DNA from: Spongospora subterranea f. sp. subterranea
Taxonomy: Eukaryota
Assembly: GCA_049724395.1 (NCBI GenBank)
Contig: JAUGWO010000128.1
Coordinates: 124,001 to 188,000 of the forward strand
Reading direction: 5' to 3'
DNA: 64,000 bases
The notes under the pieces were generated by a model. The model did not search any database, had not been told where the DNA came from, and was given only the letters and a program-made list of their open reading frames with translations. The translations under genes were made by a program, and so were the position numbers. This document shows, piece after piece, positions 11,259 to 22,949 of this stretch; the first letter of the stretch is position 1, and each line of letters opens with the position of its first letter.

Positions 11259-13373
11259 TGTCAGCAGTGATTCCGATACGTAATTTATGATTGTGATCTG
11301 CCACAATATTGCGGTACTACCAGGGATCGGAACGCTCGAGCACCTTAAACGCTGCTCCGATTCAGGCTGCCCGTTGCCATATATATTGTCAAGTACGTAT
11401 TTTTCGGCTATCTGCGTTCGGCCGCCAATGTGGATAGAGTGCCGCCTTGGGCATTACGGCCCATATATCTACCCAAATTCTGACGATTATGGCATGCACC
11501 CAGCTTTTGATGGTTGGGTTCATTAATTTCTCCTCCAGCAATTGATCATCACGTTGTTGCCCTGACCAAGTACAGTTGTTTATCATAAGGCACGGTTTTT
11601 GGTCCCAACATAACAAACCTTGGAAACATGGACGTTTTTGAACCGATAACGTGGACAAATTTGGCAATGATTTCAACAAAACAAAAGTCGCCGCTCTCTG
11701 GACGGACGGAGCCACTTGTTGGGCCCACTGTTAATAGGAAGATTCAGTCGGCGTCATCTTTGACCAGAGCAAATACTGGTTTCTACAGCGGTACGGCGTT
11801 ACATCTTGTATATTGGAAGAGCGAGGACATCAACATGGAAGAGCGAGGACATCAACATTGCGCATTTCCGAAAAATGAGCTCAAGCGCTGTTCGTCCTTA
11901 TCCGTTCAAGACCTGATTACGTTCATGAATGCAAAACTTGTCTTTGGCACAATTATCGCAGCCTATAGACACAATTATTATACGCGGTCGACATTGTTTC
12001 GATCGTTAATAAAACAGTATTCATAGTTGACCACACACAGCAAATAAATTCATTTTACTCGTTTCTTCAAGGACAAGAGCAATGTGCCTCCAAAGGGAAC
12101 CAAACATATTGGGTCACAATGCATCAGAGTGACAACACTCTACGGCAGCTCGGATGCAACTTGAACTAGATCTGAAGCAGTGCGATTGCATACAGATGAA
12201 ACACGATCAGATCAAGGCATCAACATTGTTGTGACTGCAAGGTATTCCACAACGGAGCGAGTGAGCACCAACTCCAGTACCTTGCAAAGGATGATGCGTC
12301 GGGTTGTGGATGCACTTAGAGCACAAGGTTCCGGTACTTGACCGGTAGTTCGGTAACCCCGTTTCCCTGTCGCCAATAAGTAACTGTAACAGGTTCAGTA
12401 CAGAAAACGTTTCTGAGGACGCATTCCAGGTCAGAAACGCAAGGAGAGCTGTCGGAAACTTATATGAGAAGAGACAAGGGCAGGAAAAGGAGGGAAGCCA
12501 CTAAAGGACAGCGGGGCAGAACGTCCGAGCCGGAGAAAGTTTTTCAGGTGACAGAGCACTCCGGTTTGCATTGGTGTCCGAACGCAGTGTCCGATCCAGT
12601 TGACAACACCACGTGATGGAATCGACGCAATCAATCTTGACAGCCGCGATGATCATCGTGACCATCGTGTCGGCTCCATTCCATCTCGCTATGTCCCGAT
12701 ATCAGTTATTAGATCATGGTTTATTTATGGCTGATGTGCTTTCCGTGACTTGAAATTTGCCTATACCTAGAATAGTGTATCATCGAAAAACAAGACTATC
12801 TCGAATTAACCTATTACCGGCTCGCATTTTGCACTAAATAACGCTATATCGCACCGTTGTTTATTGAGTTTCTTAAATGATTTGAAAAAAACAATCCTGT
12901 AATCAACCGGATGCTCGTATCCACGTTCAACGTGGGACAACTTGGGACAATGCACTCGAAAAGATTGATTGAACGTGAGATAGTGCATTAGGGGCCCTTC
13001 AATATATTTGCAACACCGGCGGAAGGTCCGCGGCGGACTTCCCCGCATTTTCCCTTCGATCCTCGCAATTTCGCCATCGACTGAATTCATTCCTGATATC
13101 CTCTCTTTCTTCACGTTGCAACAGAATGCCAAATTCAATGTTGACTTCCGCACCGCTCAAGACCCAAACCTGTTGGGGTCAGTCTTGACATATGTGTCGG
13201 CTTTCGTGATTGGTCCATCCGTATCAAGATGGTAACCAGGCCACATGATCACAGCCTTTTTAATATTTGAGCGCCATTCGTCAGTATTGTGCTTGTTTAA
13301 GACCGGCTGCGAGTTCAGTCTGTCTTAAACATTGCAATGTCTAATTGTGTTTAACCTTGTTGTAACTGCTTAA

Positions 13374-13680
13374 GTCGCTATGATGATTAATATCTTGGTC
13401 CGTGTTATTGATGGCCACAAGCCAAATGAGCACAACCTCTTCCAAATTTCTGAGCGCACATTCTTTGAAACTTTTCGTTCATGCCATTCCGGTCGCTGCT
13501 TTAACCGGTTCTGTTTGAGCAAGACTTAACTAGAATTGGTTACGTCTTGCATTGTACAGTATCACTGTTCATTATTAAAAGGCATTTGTATGGTGTCGCT
13601 ATGATGATCAATATCTTGGTCCGTGTTATTGATGGCCACAAGCCAAATGAGCACAACCTCTTTCCAAATTTCTGAGCGCA
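13374..13680. repeat. Direct repeat pair of ~85 bp (13374-13458 and 13595-13680)
   Basis: GTCGCTATGATGAT(T/C)AATATCTTGGTCCGTGTTATTGATGGCCACAAGCCAAATGAGCACAACCTC...TTCCAAATTTCTGAGCGCA occurs twice with about 2 differences. Confidence 0.9.
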
Positions 13681-14393
13681 ACCGTCAATGTCAGCATTAA
13701 TAAATTTGTATTTTTTCCAAGGTCGAACCTGCATTGGTTGCTGTGTGTTTGTTTGACTGCTCCCGAGATGACCAGGGCAAAGAGGTGTTCTTGAGTAGCT
13801 GTGAGCAGAGTAGTATTACATTATAATTTATAGTCGATGGTATTTCCGAGGAGGGCTCACTGTTGACTTGTCGGTTGAACATTAGTTTGCAATGAAGCTT
13901 ATTTTTGGAAAGGAAGAAGAGACTGCGCTCATTGTTGATTACAATTGTCTTCAACTTTACTACTATCATCGCCTGATAAAAAAAACAGACTCTATATGGA
14001 AAAAGGCCCCGTCTTCGCGACATCGTTTAGGACAGCACTGTCCGACCTTGTATAAAAAATATGATGTTGCGATGCACATTTGTACCCAATCGCGACTGGA
14101 CAATGGTTTGTTGTTCAGACTTCCTCACCAATTGAACTCGTATTTTCAACAAACAGGGGGGGACATTCTGGAAGGAGCTGGCTATATCGACTCTATATCG
14201 CAGGTGTAGGCACAGTCCAGGTCAGTGTTCGCCATGTATCTTTTCGACGCATTATTATGCGTACGGTGCGGTGCCATATCTTTCAGTAAACAGTACAGTA
14301 CCTGTATTACGGCCGAATATGGGCGCAAATACGTTTTGTTTATCAACAAACAATAGCGAAGTGAAAGCTGATTCGCCGGCGAAGCTCGGGAAG

Positions 14394-16651
14394 ATGGAAG
14401 GTGAACCGGTTCCGGTTACTGCGACCCCATGCCCAGAAAGATCTGTCTGCTTCTGCCCAGGAATTGATTCAACAGAACGACCTGGAAAAAGCAATTGATC
14501 TCTTCGCTAAAGCACTTCAGGCTAAGGTACGGTTCAGAGAATATCCTCACACCGCAGACAAATATTACCTTCTCCCGCGGAGAATCAATCATATTTTGTA
14601 GGCTTTTACAGGAAATCTGTTTATCGGCTTTTAGTTTTTGTACAGTGTTTTACTGTCCGTTATTTTGTTGCTTCATTCGTGTATTTCATCAATATTTTTC
14701 TGCTTAAAACTACAATTACCTTCATTGACATGCGAATGTTTCAAGATTGAAATTTGTGGGGATGAGCTGGCTTCTGAGCTAGCTCCGTTCTACTTCGATT
14801 ACGGCGATGCAATTCTACAGCAGTGCAGTCAGAAAGCGGATGTTTTTGCCGACCCACTCAAATCGGCAACAGAAGCTGCAGATTCGTCAACCATCATCGA
14901 CACTATTGATGAAGGGCCATTGCAGGAGGATGGCGAAAACATGCCCTCCAGCGACGAAGAGGAAGTTAAAGGCGATGCTGACGCTGCCGACGAAGACATA
15001 TCCGAGGAGCCAACCGACCTTGAGGTTGCCTGGGAGTTATTGGAAACGTTGGTCCTATTTCACTTTTTGGAAACTCGAATAGCACATTGGTTCAGCCATT
15101 GAATTTGCTCTGAGAGCATTTACATTACTGTTTCACTCTTGCAACACAACATTTCTTTAGGCTAAAATGTTGAGCTAGTCGAAATCTTTGTCAACTGATG
15201 GTTCAACATTCATATGTATTCGGGTTATTTTGTTCGACCAAGCTCTTTTTGCATAGCATTTAGAGTTACTCCTTACTTTATTTGAAACCCTTCAATTTTG
15301 CTGCAAAATTCAGACCATTTATGGAAAAAACATGGCGGGCCTATTATTGTTGATTTTGATCTAATCCTGTATGAAAAAAGGGCTCGCGTCATATTCAAGC
15401 GCCAAAACCCATCGCGGCCAGTTCTGCTCGGATTGGCCGATTGCTATAGCCGCCTCGGTGATCTTGCTTTGGAAAACGACGTCGACGCGTTGCCAGACTA
15501 TATTCAGTGCCGCGATATGCTGTTGTCAATAGAGGTAAATTGCCATTTCATGGATTTTGAATTGAAATTAGCTTTGCCGGTGTTCTCTATACCTCAACTG
15601 ATACTCAAGTTTCAACTTGCTGCTAAGGTTTTTATTCGTTTTCCTTTTTTTCATAAGTTTTGTTGCCGTCGATATCGAGTTTTTGCTCTAACGGAAACAG
15701 GGTGATGGAGTGCTTGTCGTTTTCCTACTTATGCAATGACTTACATCTAATAGCCTTGGTTTAGAACGACGAATCGGTATCAACGGAGGATCGCTTGGTT
15801 CGGGGGCGATCTTTAGGAGCGGTTTTTTTCAAGATGGCTATCAGTAATACCATTACGGGCGATACCTCTGCGGCGCTTTCACAATTCAAGGTTTTCATTT
15901 ACCGTCATAGGAGTCATTGTTTCGACATTTGTTTGTTTTCCATTTTTTACTATAAATATCCTTCCGTTTTAGTGTTCCTTCGCCAGCGATCGCGTTTCGC
16001 TGCAAAAATCGCTTATGTTTGTTTTTGTGTAGGCAGCTCAAGCATCGTTGTTAGAGTGTGTGGAGCTATTGGTTGGACCTATTCCTGCCAAGTAAACCGC
16101 CTTTTCAATTCGAAATTGTCATTTCAACCATGTTTTAGAGAGACTAACAATGGTAAAGCTGAAGCTTCGGTGACCGAGTCGCGAATTCCTTTCGATTCCA
16201 TCAACGAAGTTGTTTCATCCGTCTCAGATGATAAAACCAAGAACCAGCTGGAAGATTTGGCTGATTTTTTGCGACAGATCCAGGAGAAAATTGAAGTACT
16301 AGCTTTTCAATAGTTGATTTATTATGGCCCTACTATGGACGCTTTTGATGCATTTTGTGTGGTGTGAATGTGAACTCTCTAAATTCGATTTAGGATCTGC
16401 TTGTCTGCGATCAGTTGGCGCCTAAACAAGTGGCGTCTATGGTCGGCGAAGTAATGGCGGATGCTGCTGCAGCAGCAGCGTCAACTGGAACGACAGCGGG
16501 ATTCCCAGCGGCCTCATCATCCGGTTCTGCTGCTGTGACCAATCTCGGCACCATTGTAGGCCAGAAACGCAAGATCGAAGTCGGTGCTGATCGACTCGAA
16601 GATGCACAGGGAGTCGTTAAAGTCCTCAAAACGTCTTCAGATGATGCCTGA
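14394..16651 (+). CDS. NASP: NASP/Sim3/Hif1-family histone chaperone (SHNi-TPR), multi-exon
   Basis: Spliced N-terminus MEDLSASAQELIQQNDLEKAIDLFAKALQAK (40-nt intron at 14401-14440). Then ELAPFYFDYGDAIL, an acidic insertion, DLEVAWELLE-ARVIF, LADCYSRLGDLALEND, and C-terminal VTNLGTIVGQKRK (NLS-like). This is the interrupted-TPR pattern of the family. Confidence 0.85.
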
Positions 16652-16871
16652 GGACGTCCGCTTGTTAATTGTATTTGTGTAGTAAACATTGGCAATTTCA
16701 AACTCGCGCAGCAGCACTCAAGGATGACACAGCAGTCGTATTCGCTCTTATATTCCCACTCTCATTATCATTGATTCTCTGTTGTGCAAGTAATCTCACT
16801 ATGCCAAAAATAGTTTGCAGAAAGAACAATGTTTATTCGCAATGATTAGGGCATTTATCTGAATGAGCAAA

Positions 16872-17782
16872 TTAATAATAAGTGGTTGTAGGAGCAGCAG
16901 TTGTGGAAGCGGCGTATGTTGTAGGTGCAGCAGTTGTCGAGGCGGCGTATGTTGTAGGTGCAGCAGTTGTCGAGGCGGCGTATGTTGTAGGAGCGGCAGT
17001 TGTCGAGGCGGCGTAGGTTGTAGGTGCAGCAGTTGTCGAAGCGGCGTATGTTGTAGCAGCAGTTGTCGAAGCGGCGTATGTTGTTGGTACAGCAGTTGTC
17101 GACGCTGCGTATGTTGTAGGAGTAGAAGTTGTCGAAGCGGAGTAGGTTGTTGGAGCTGTTGACGCGGCGTATGTAGTTGGAGGGGTGGTAGAGTGATTAA
17201 CTCGTGCGACATCGCAACAGGCTATTTTGGCCCAATATGAGTCGTAAATTGCAATGGCCTTAGCTAAGCGCATATCACCGAGTTTCTGTGTGCCCGACAT
17301 TGTATCCTGGGCGTTCCAGGTAGGCCTAGCTGATGTCGAAGAGCTCAAGTTGAACCAAAACTCGTTCGTCTGATTTCCGTAAGGTACGTCGCCGTGGAAC
17401 TGAGCACGGCCACCTCCGAATCCGGATGAGCAGTTTCCAGAATGAACTAGGCCAAAAACTTCTGCATTCGGATTATAGACAGAGCCGTCATGCATAATCG
17501 TGACGTGGATCTCGCCAGAAGTTTTGTTTTCCGCTTGAATCAAAAACGTCGTAGAAGTTTTGTTAACAGAATAATTCTTAGCTGAAACCCATTCGTTGCG
17601 ACACTCCCATCTTATCATCGGAACTTGCTTTGACGCTTCTTTTGTGGTGAGCATCCATGCAGTTTGCTTCGTGATCGGCAAAGAGTACACAACATTGATA
17701 AATGCGAAGACTGAGACTATCGGTCAACTAAAGTTGAGACAATAAAACTACAGTACACATTTTTACCTAGTACAACCTTCAT
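16872..17782 (-). CDS. Secreted protein: globular domain (possible Cu/Zn-SOD-like fold) plus Thr/Ala-rich mucin-like tail
   Basis: Exon 1 (17782-17767) and a 50-nt GT-AG intron give the signal peptide MKVVLVSVFAFINVVYS-LP. A ~150 aa domain ending AIAIYDSYWAKIACCDV is followed by TTYAASTTAAP repeats. Confidence 0.8.
16885..17190 (-). repeat. Coding tandem repeat, ~33 bp unit (PTTYAASTTAA), ~9 copies
   Basis: Visible on the + strand as GTTGTAGGTGCAGCAGTTGTCGAGGCGGCGTAT and variants. Confidence 0.9.
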
Positions 17783-18099
17783 TGGAATCAAACAAGTCCT
17801 GGTTATGGTAAAGTGGATATGATCAGATTATTGTGATTGTACAACTGGCAACTCCAAAAGCAAAATGAAAACAGATTTGGTCTTTGTTGGGTGCCTCATC
17901 AGTTTTTGTTGCTGCAACACGACAACTATTGTTATACTCTGTAACTGCTATATTTTTATTGCGAACTACAATTTCTGCAATCAGAATGACAAAAAAGCAG
18001 CTATGATGCGTATAGCCTGTGTTTCACCTTTCTGAAACAGCTGATACCCGTTTCTTGAGTTCTACGATGCAAGTCGGTAAGTGTCGGTTGCGTTATTTT

Positions 18100-18990
18100 C
18101 ATGTTTCCAAAGCACCCTCCACTGCTGGAAAAGCGGTTTGCCCATGAAACGGAACGAGATACCTCTTTTCATCAGCTGAACAAAGGACGGCGCAACAAAC
18201 CAGGGATATCACATTCACAATGATAATAGACCACGACACATGACAACATCGCGTCATGCAGCTGATTTGACCACCACGCACAGCAAGCCGGAATGAGCTT
18301 CACTGTAGACGATTTCAGACCAGCAATGTCGTGCTGAATTGCGAGACAGGAAACAACCCGACCTTTTGTGGAAGTACAATAGACTACCTAGAGCAGTAAT
18401 TGACGGGGATCAACCAGTTACGATCTCCACAGATGTAGCTCGATTGGCAAGAGCTTGGTGCTGCGCAGACCCGCAAACGTTTCTTACAGAGCCGGTGCTG
18501 ACATTTGGGCTTCTACTTCTTGCTTGCATCCACATGACTAAACCTATGGCGAGCTGTGATCAACTGATTCCGGTAGTAGAATGAGAATGTTGTTATGAAG
18601 ATATCAAGCAGCGGCATCTTTATCAGTACCGTAATCAGGTTACGGAGCTCTCTGAAAAGATATCTTCGGACGTCGCAGTCTCAAATGGTTGATTTCAAGC
18701 CTAAAGACCGCTGCATCAAGCACCAATCAAGAAACCATGATTTCGAGCTGTGGCAAATCAACACGATCCCTTCATATACTACTACGTATCTAATCAATAA
18801 TGATTTCCGTAAACAGTCGTTTGTTGAGAGCCCAGTCATTATCTCACAGCAGAGGTGTCACTTGACCCCACACCAGTATCCGAATGACGTCTGCATGACC
18901 TGTCATACTTGGTACCCCATTGTTGTGGATCACTCATATCCACGACTCTGTGAAAACGTTACCGCATATCACGTGAAGGGGTGACAAACT
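18100..18990 (+). mobile_element. Probable decayed MULE/Mutator-like transposase fragment
   Basis: Broken frames give TIDYLEQ*, RLARAW and SSLKRYLRTSQSQMVD, in the order expected from MULE motifs (YLxxxW, FVRAW, LKRWLxxSxxDL), then a Cys-containing segment. Recognised by eye only. Confidence 0.4.
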
Positions 18991-19023
18991 ATCCCCATAG
19001 TCATTTGCATTGGTCTATGTACC

Positions 19024-19440
19024 ATGTTGAGATCTAAAGGCTTCGCTTATAGATCGTCTAATGTCGATGCCGAGCGCAGCAGAAGTGTCAAGAGGCCAAG
19101 AAACAGTCGCAGGCGGCAGCTCGGGTTGATGGCAATCGTCGGCGCTCTATCGTTCGTAAGCCTTCTTGGGATTTTCGCCGTTCATAGGCCGCGTCCTCTC
19201 CCTGTTCCGGACAAAGTTTTTGACGCAGCTCGTATTGCTACTTGTACCGATGACCCAGCATTGATCAATGACGATTATTGCGACTGCGATGATGGTTCCG
19301 ATGAGCTTTTGACCTCTGCTTGCAGCCATATTCATGGCATCAAATTCGACTGTCGCAATAATGAGCGCTCCATCTGGCGGTCCATGATCCGCGACGGGAT
19401 TTGTGATTGCTCCGACTGTTTCGACGAACATCAACATTGA
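19024..19440 (+). CDS. Short type-II membrane protein with a glucosidase II beta subunit (PRKCSH-like) N-terminal Cys domain
   Basis: 138 aa ORF with a basic N-terminus and a TM helix (LGLMAIVGALSFVSLLGIFAV). Then INDDYCDCDDGSDE..TSACS...FDC...RDGICDCSDCFDE, matching the PRKCSH-like NDDYCDCxDGSDE/DGICDC motifs. Confidence 0.85.
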   Translation: MLRSKGFAYRSSNVDAERSRSVKRPRNSRRRQLGLMAIVGALSFVSLLGIFAVHRPRPLPVPDKVFDAARIATCTDDPALINDDYCDCDDGSDELLTSACSHIHGIKFDCRNNERSIWRSMIRDGICDCSDCFDEHQH

Positions 19441-20233
19441 GGGAAAGCGTGGAATCCATGAATTCACCACTGCCTACTTGGAGAATCAGCTGCCACAAAC
19501 GCTGTTCTATGATCGCCGATCCTGCGACTGTCATATTTCCGTTATTCCAGTGCTATGTTAACTCATTCGATGATCGATTTGTTTGGAACAAATTCGTACT
19601 GTAATTCTGGCCACTGCTAGGATGCTGACGCGAATAATGCAGAAGATGTTATCATTCAAAGGTGCACCGCCTCATGCAGTAGCGTTCAATTTAATGTAAC
19701 AAAATATTACTGCAAATGTTTACACATTCTTAACCTTCTTTTCGTGAAACTGGAGCTCCTGGTAAAAACTCCATTTCGCACAGCCACGATGGACAGCATC
19801 ATAGACTAAAATCCTAGCAGTGATTCTATCTAAATAACTCCTGTTAATCCCTAAAAATACCAGTTTTACAATTTACATGCTATTCCTTTAAAGTTCGGGC
19901 AAGCTATATTTTTCTCGCTTGTCTGGACTCGATTCGATAAGGTGAACTGACAAGACAGCCCTGAGTGATTGACGATCGCTTAGCTAATCGGTATCAGATA
20001 TGCCCCGTCAGCATCAAGCACAACCCGAACTGCCCCAAAAACTTGTGTTGCAGACAGTAAAACCATAATTTCCGACATTACTTCAGCAATTATCTCCCTC
20101 ATAGCATATCGGCTATCTTGTTGAACACAAGAATTAAAGTTCAACAGGCACGGGTAACGGGGCGTTTGTTGTTGGTGTGCATTGATTGAGAATTGTGAAT
20201 GTTTTATCATAAAACAATTCTAGTCGACTCGAT

Positions 20234-22590
20234 TCACGACGGTTTAGATCCACATTGAAAATAGCGACAGAGCATGGCTTTCTTGTGTTGTCTAGCTGCC
20301 ATCAAGCAATGTCTCAATCGCTCTGGATGCGGTAAGTCCTTGATTTTTGACTCTGACCAGTTATGTCAATGCTGAACATGCATAGAATAGCGATTCTACT
20401 ACCTGACGGAGTGCAGCAAAAATCAATGTTATTGCACAGAGGATTTTGACAGCCCTTCGACATCTGCTGATAATACCTAATAAAACACAAGTTGGCCTAA
20501 AGGTACGACGGTTTGAGTCGACGCCTCAACTGAACAATCATAGACTGCACTTCAGCAGATACAGTAGGAGCAATCGGTTGCATTGCTGCAGTCTGCGTTT
20601 GTGCCTGATCCGAGGTACTCCCAACTTCCCCACGTGCCCGTCTCCAGGCCAATGATCCACTCTCGCGCCCTGGTAAATCGCCAACCTGGATCAATGTTAT
20701 AGAGTAAACTACCCACATACTGGTTCCATGGAAAAGGAATGGCCAACCTTTTCCTTGGTAAAATCACCCAGGAGGAATGCTGACTCCTGCTCCCAGCTGA
20801 TTTTGACAATCTGCCGGTCAGCTTCAGTCATATTGATGCCGGCGTTGAACTCGCTGAGAAGGCGCTCCAACCACTCCTCGCTGCACAATGAACGTCGTGG
20901 CAAAACATCGGATGCGTACTGGGTGGTGTAGCGCCGGGTGACGTCTCGAACCTCTTTTGCTAGACGCCTACCATCAGCGTGACCAATCAAGCAGACAAGA
21001 AATTGACTTACAGCAAAATGCAATGCAATAAGTGAAGCTTCTTCCCCCAGCCAGCTTCATCTAGTTGTAAAGGAAGTTAATTTTAGCAAGGGTGATTGAG
21101 TCAGATTTCTTAGTAAGTTTTTCAAATGTGTTATTGATTTGATGCAAAAAGAAACATGCTTAAAACATATAGCCCAACTCTACAAACTGTGGAATAAGTG
21201 ACTATAGTTCAAAACCAAAATAATTGTCTATCGCCTCGAAACAGTAAGCTTACATAGAAGCGGGGCGTCGTACCTGTTCTCACAGGAATCACAATGCACC
21301 CAACGCTGCGACGCTACACTGTAAACCTCTAATCAAACAATAAATATGACATATAAGAAATAAATGCATAACTACCTGTCCAGACGTGGTCGGTCCAGTC
21401 AACTACCAACCTCGCAGCCAAGCCTACCGCCCGACAGCAAAGAGTGAATCCCTGAGCAATGATATTCACAGACGGAACATTTTTCTGAAAATGTCTGACC
21501 AGAGCCCATTCCCCACATCGTCCACGTTTTTCCCTGAGGATTTTCGCTGGGTTGTTATAACGAGGAAATCGCTGCACAATATTGCAAGTTGTGCATCGAT
21601 GGAGCTCAACCGTGCTCGCAAGAAACATGGCCTCTTCCGCTTGAGGCCGGTCGACTGCAATTTCGGTGGATTCTTTGAGACAGTTTGGGCATTGTAAGCG
21701 GTTTACCCACCTTACATATCAGTTGAGCTGGGAGACTCCGAATTTGTCAAAACTTACTGAAAGAGTTCGTGCTTAAACCAATATAGAAGCTGGAAAACCA
21801 ACTCGTCCTCCTCCGGCAATGCATCGCTTCCTCTCTCTAAAATGATTAGCGAATATTAACCGAATAAGTTTCTTTTCAGCAAAATTCAAGAGCAAAAATA
21901 TCAACAGAATCCATTATTGTTATCAACAAGCGAATTACTTCGTTAACGACAAGAAAGTAAAAAGTTTCACTATTTTACAGAAACCATGACTATAAACCTT
22001 TTCCTCTTTGAAGAAGTAGTTCATGCGGAATGAGCCGTTGCGCGAATTTCAAATTTGTTTCGTTTTCAAATTCCGACGTTCGAAGTTGATACGTACGAAT
22101 TCTGTTGGCAAATTCTGGTTTGGTGACTTCATGTAAGATCACCGCTAATAAAGATATTATTGATTTGAGAAAAAATAGGTAACCAGTTTGAATTATAATT
22201 ACTTTGCGTCTCGTAATTAGACTTCAGAGTACCCAAAAACAATCTCTGAGAATTCAGATCTAAAACCTCCGATCGTGAATCAATTCTACCGGCAGTTCAG
22301 GTATGAAAACAAAAACAGAGAAAACGCCCAACCTTGAGGAAAAGCTGCATGAAGTCCCACATTGACAAGCAAATGGCTCAAGCGATTGACGCCTGGGAAT
22401 ATTTTGTCCCCGTTTACAGACATTCAAACAGACAATGCAAATTGCATCCCGATCCAAGATTCCCCCAGATTGAGTGGCCTGCACGTCGGACAAATATACA
22501 CGCGAGCAAGTTCTATTAACGTCTAAACAGCAGAATCTGATCTGGTTGAACCATGTATCACAACGAATTACCTAAGGAGCTGAGAGCCAT
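20234..22590 (-). CDS. PNG1: Peptide:N-glycanase (PNGase) with extra N-terminal UBR-box-like and C-terminal AZUL-like domains, multi-exon
   Basis: Spliced motifs LLYWFKHELF, WVNRLQCPNC, CTTC..RFPRYNNP, RGRCGEWA (catalytic Cys), DWTDHVWT (His), WVHCDSCE (Asp), PLLY-EAGWGKKL and GRESGSLAWRRARGE. Start ATG 22590 and stop TGA 20236-20234 are inferred from splicing by eye. Confidence 0.93.
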
Positions 22591-22949
22591 ATTAGAACAT
22601 CAAGATTGGTGGCGGAGGAGCGCTCGTTATTTAGTTTACTTCCACCAGGACTTTCAATATGAGTGGAGTCCACGTTCGTAACGATCGCAGCGACTAATTC
22701 CAACTGAGGAGACAGTTTTAACTTTCAACAAAATAATCCGGATCGAGCGGCGCCGATTATGAAAAGAGTGGCCAAGTGTGTATGTATAGTGTATGTATAC
22801 ATGACTTGTATGTATAGTCCCCAAGGCTGCGTGCACAGCTGTACACATGCTGGATTGGCCGGGCCTTGCTTTTTCACAACTTGAGATTGGAGAATGTGAT
22901 GGCTGTGAGTGTTCGAATTTAGTTGGCACCAATTCACTATCAAGTACCG

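Noticed and set aside
10132..11304. Long overlapping ORFs in alternative frames (390 aa on -, 198 and 130 aa on +)
   Set aside because: Expected by-product of a repeat whose period is a multiple of 3. Only the Pro-rich frame has a signal peptide.
12806..13260. - strand GYHLDTDG as a LAGLIDADG-like motif
   Set aside because: A single weak motif, interrupted by a stop, with no supporting context.
16799..17212. Cys-rich (CCRCSSCRGGV) and Gln/Leu-rich ORFs
   Set aside because: Shadow frames of the Thr/Ala mucin repeat.
22677..22878. Candidate 5' LTR of the Gypsy remnant (CGTAACG...TTTCACA)
   Set aside because: No second copy in the window and no clear PBS or TSD.
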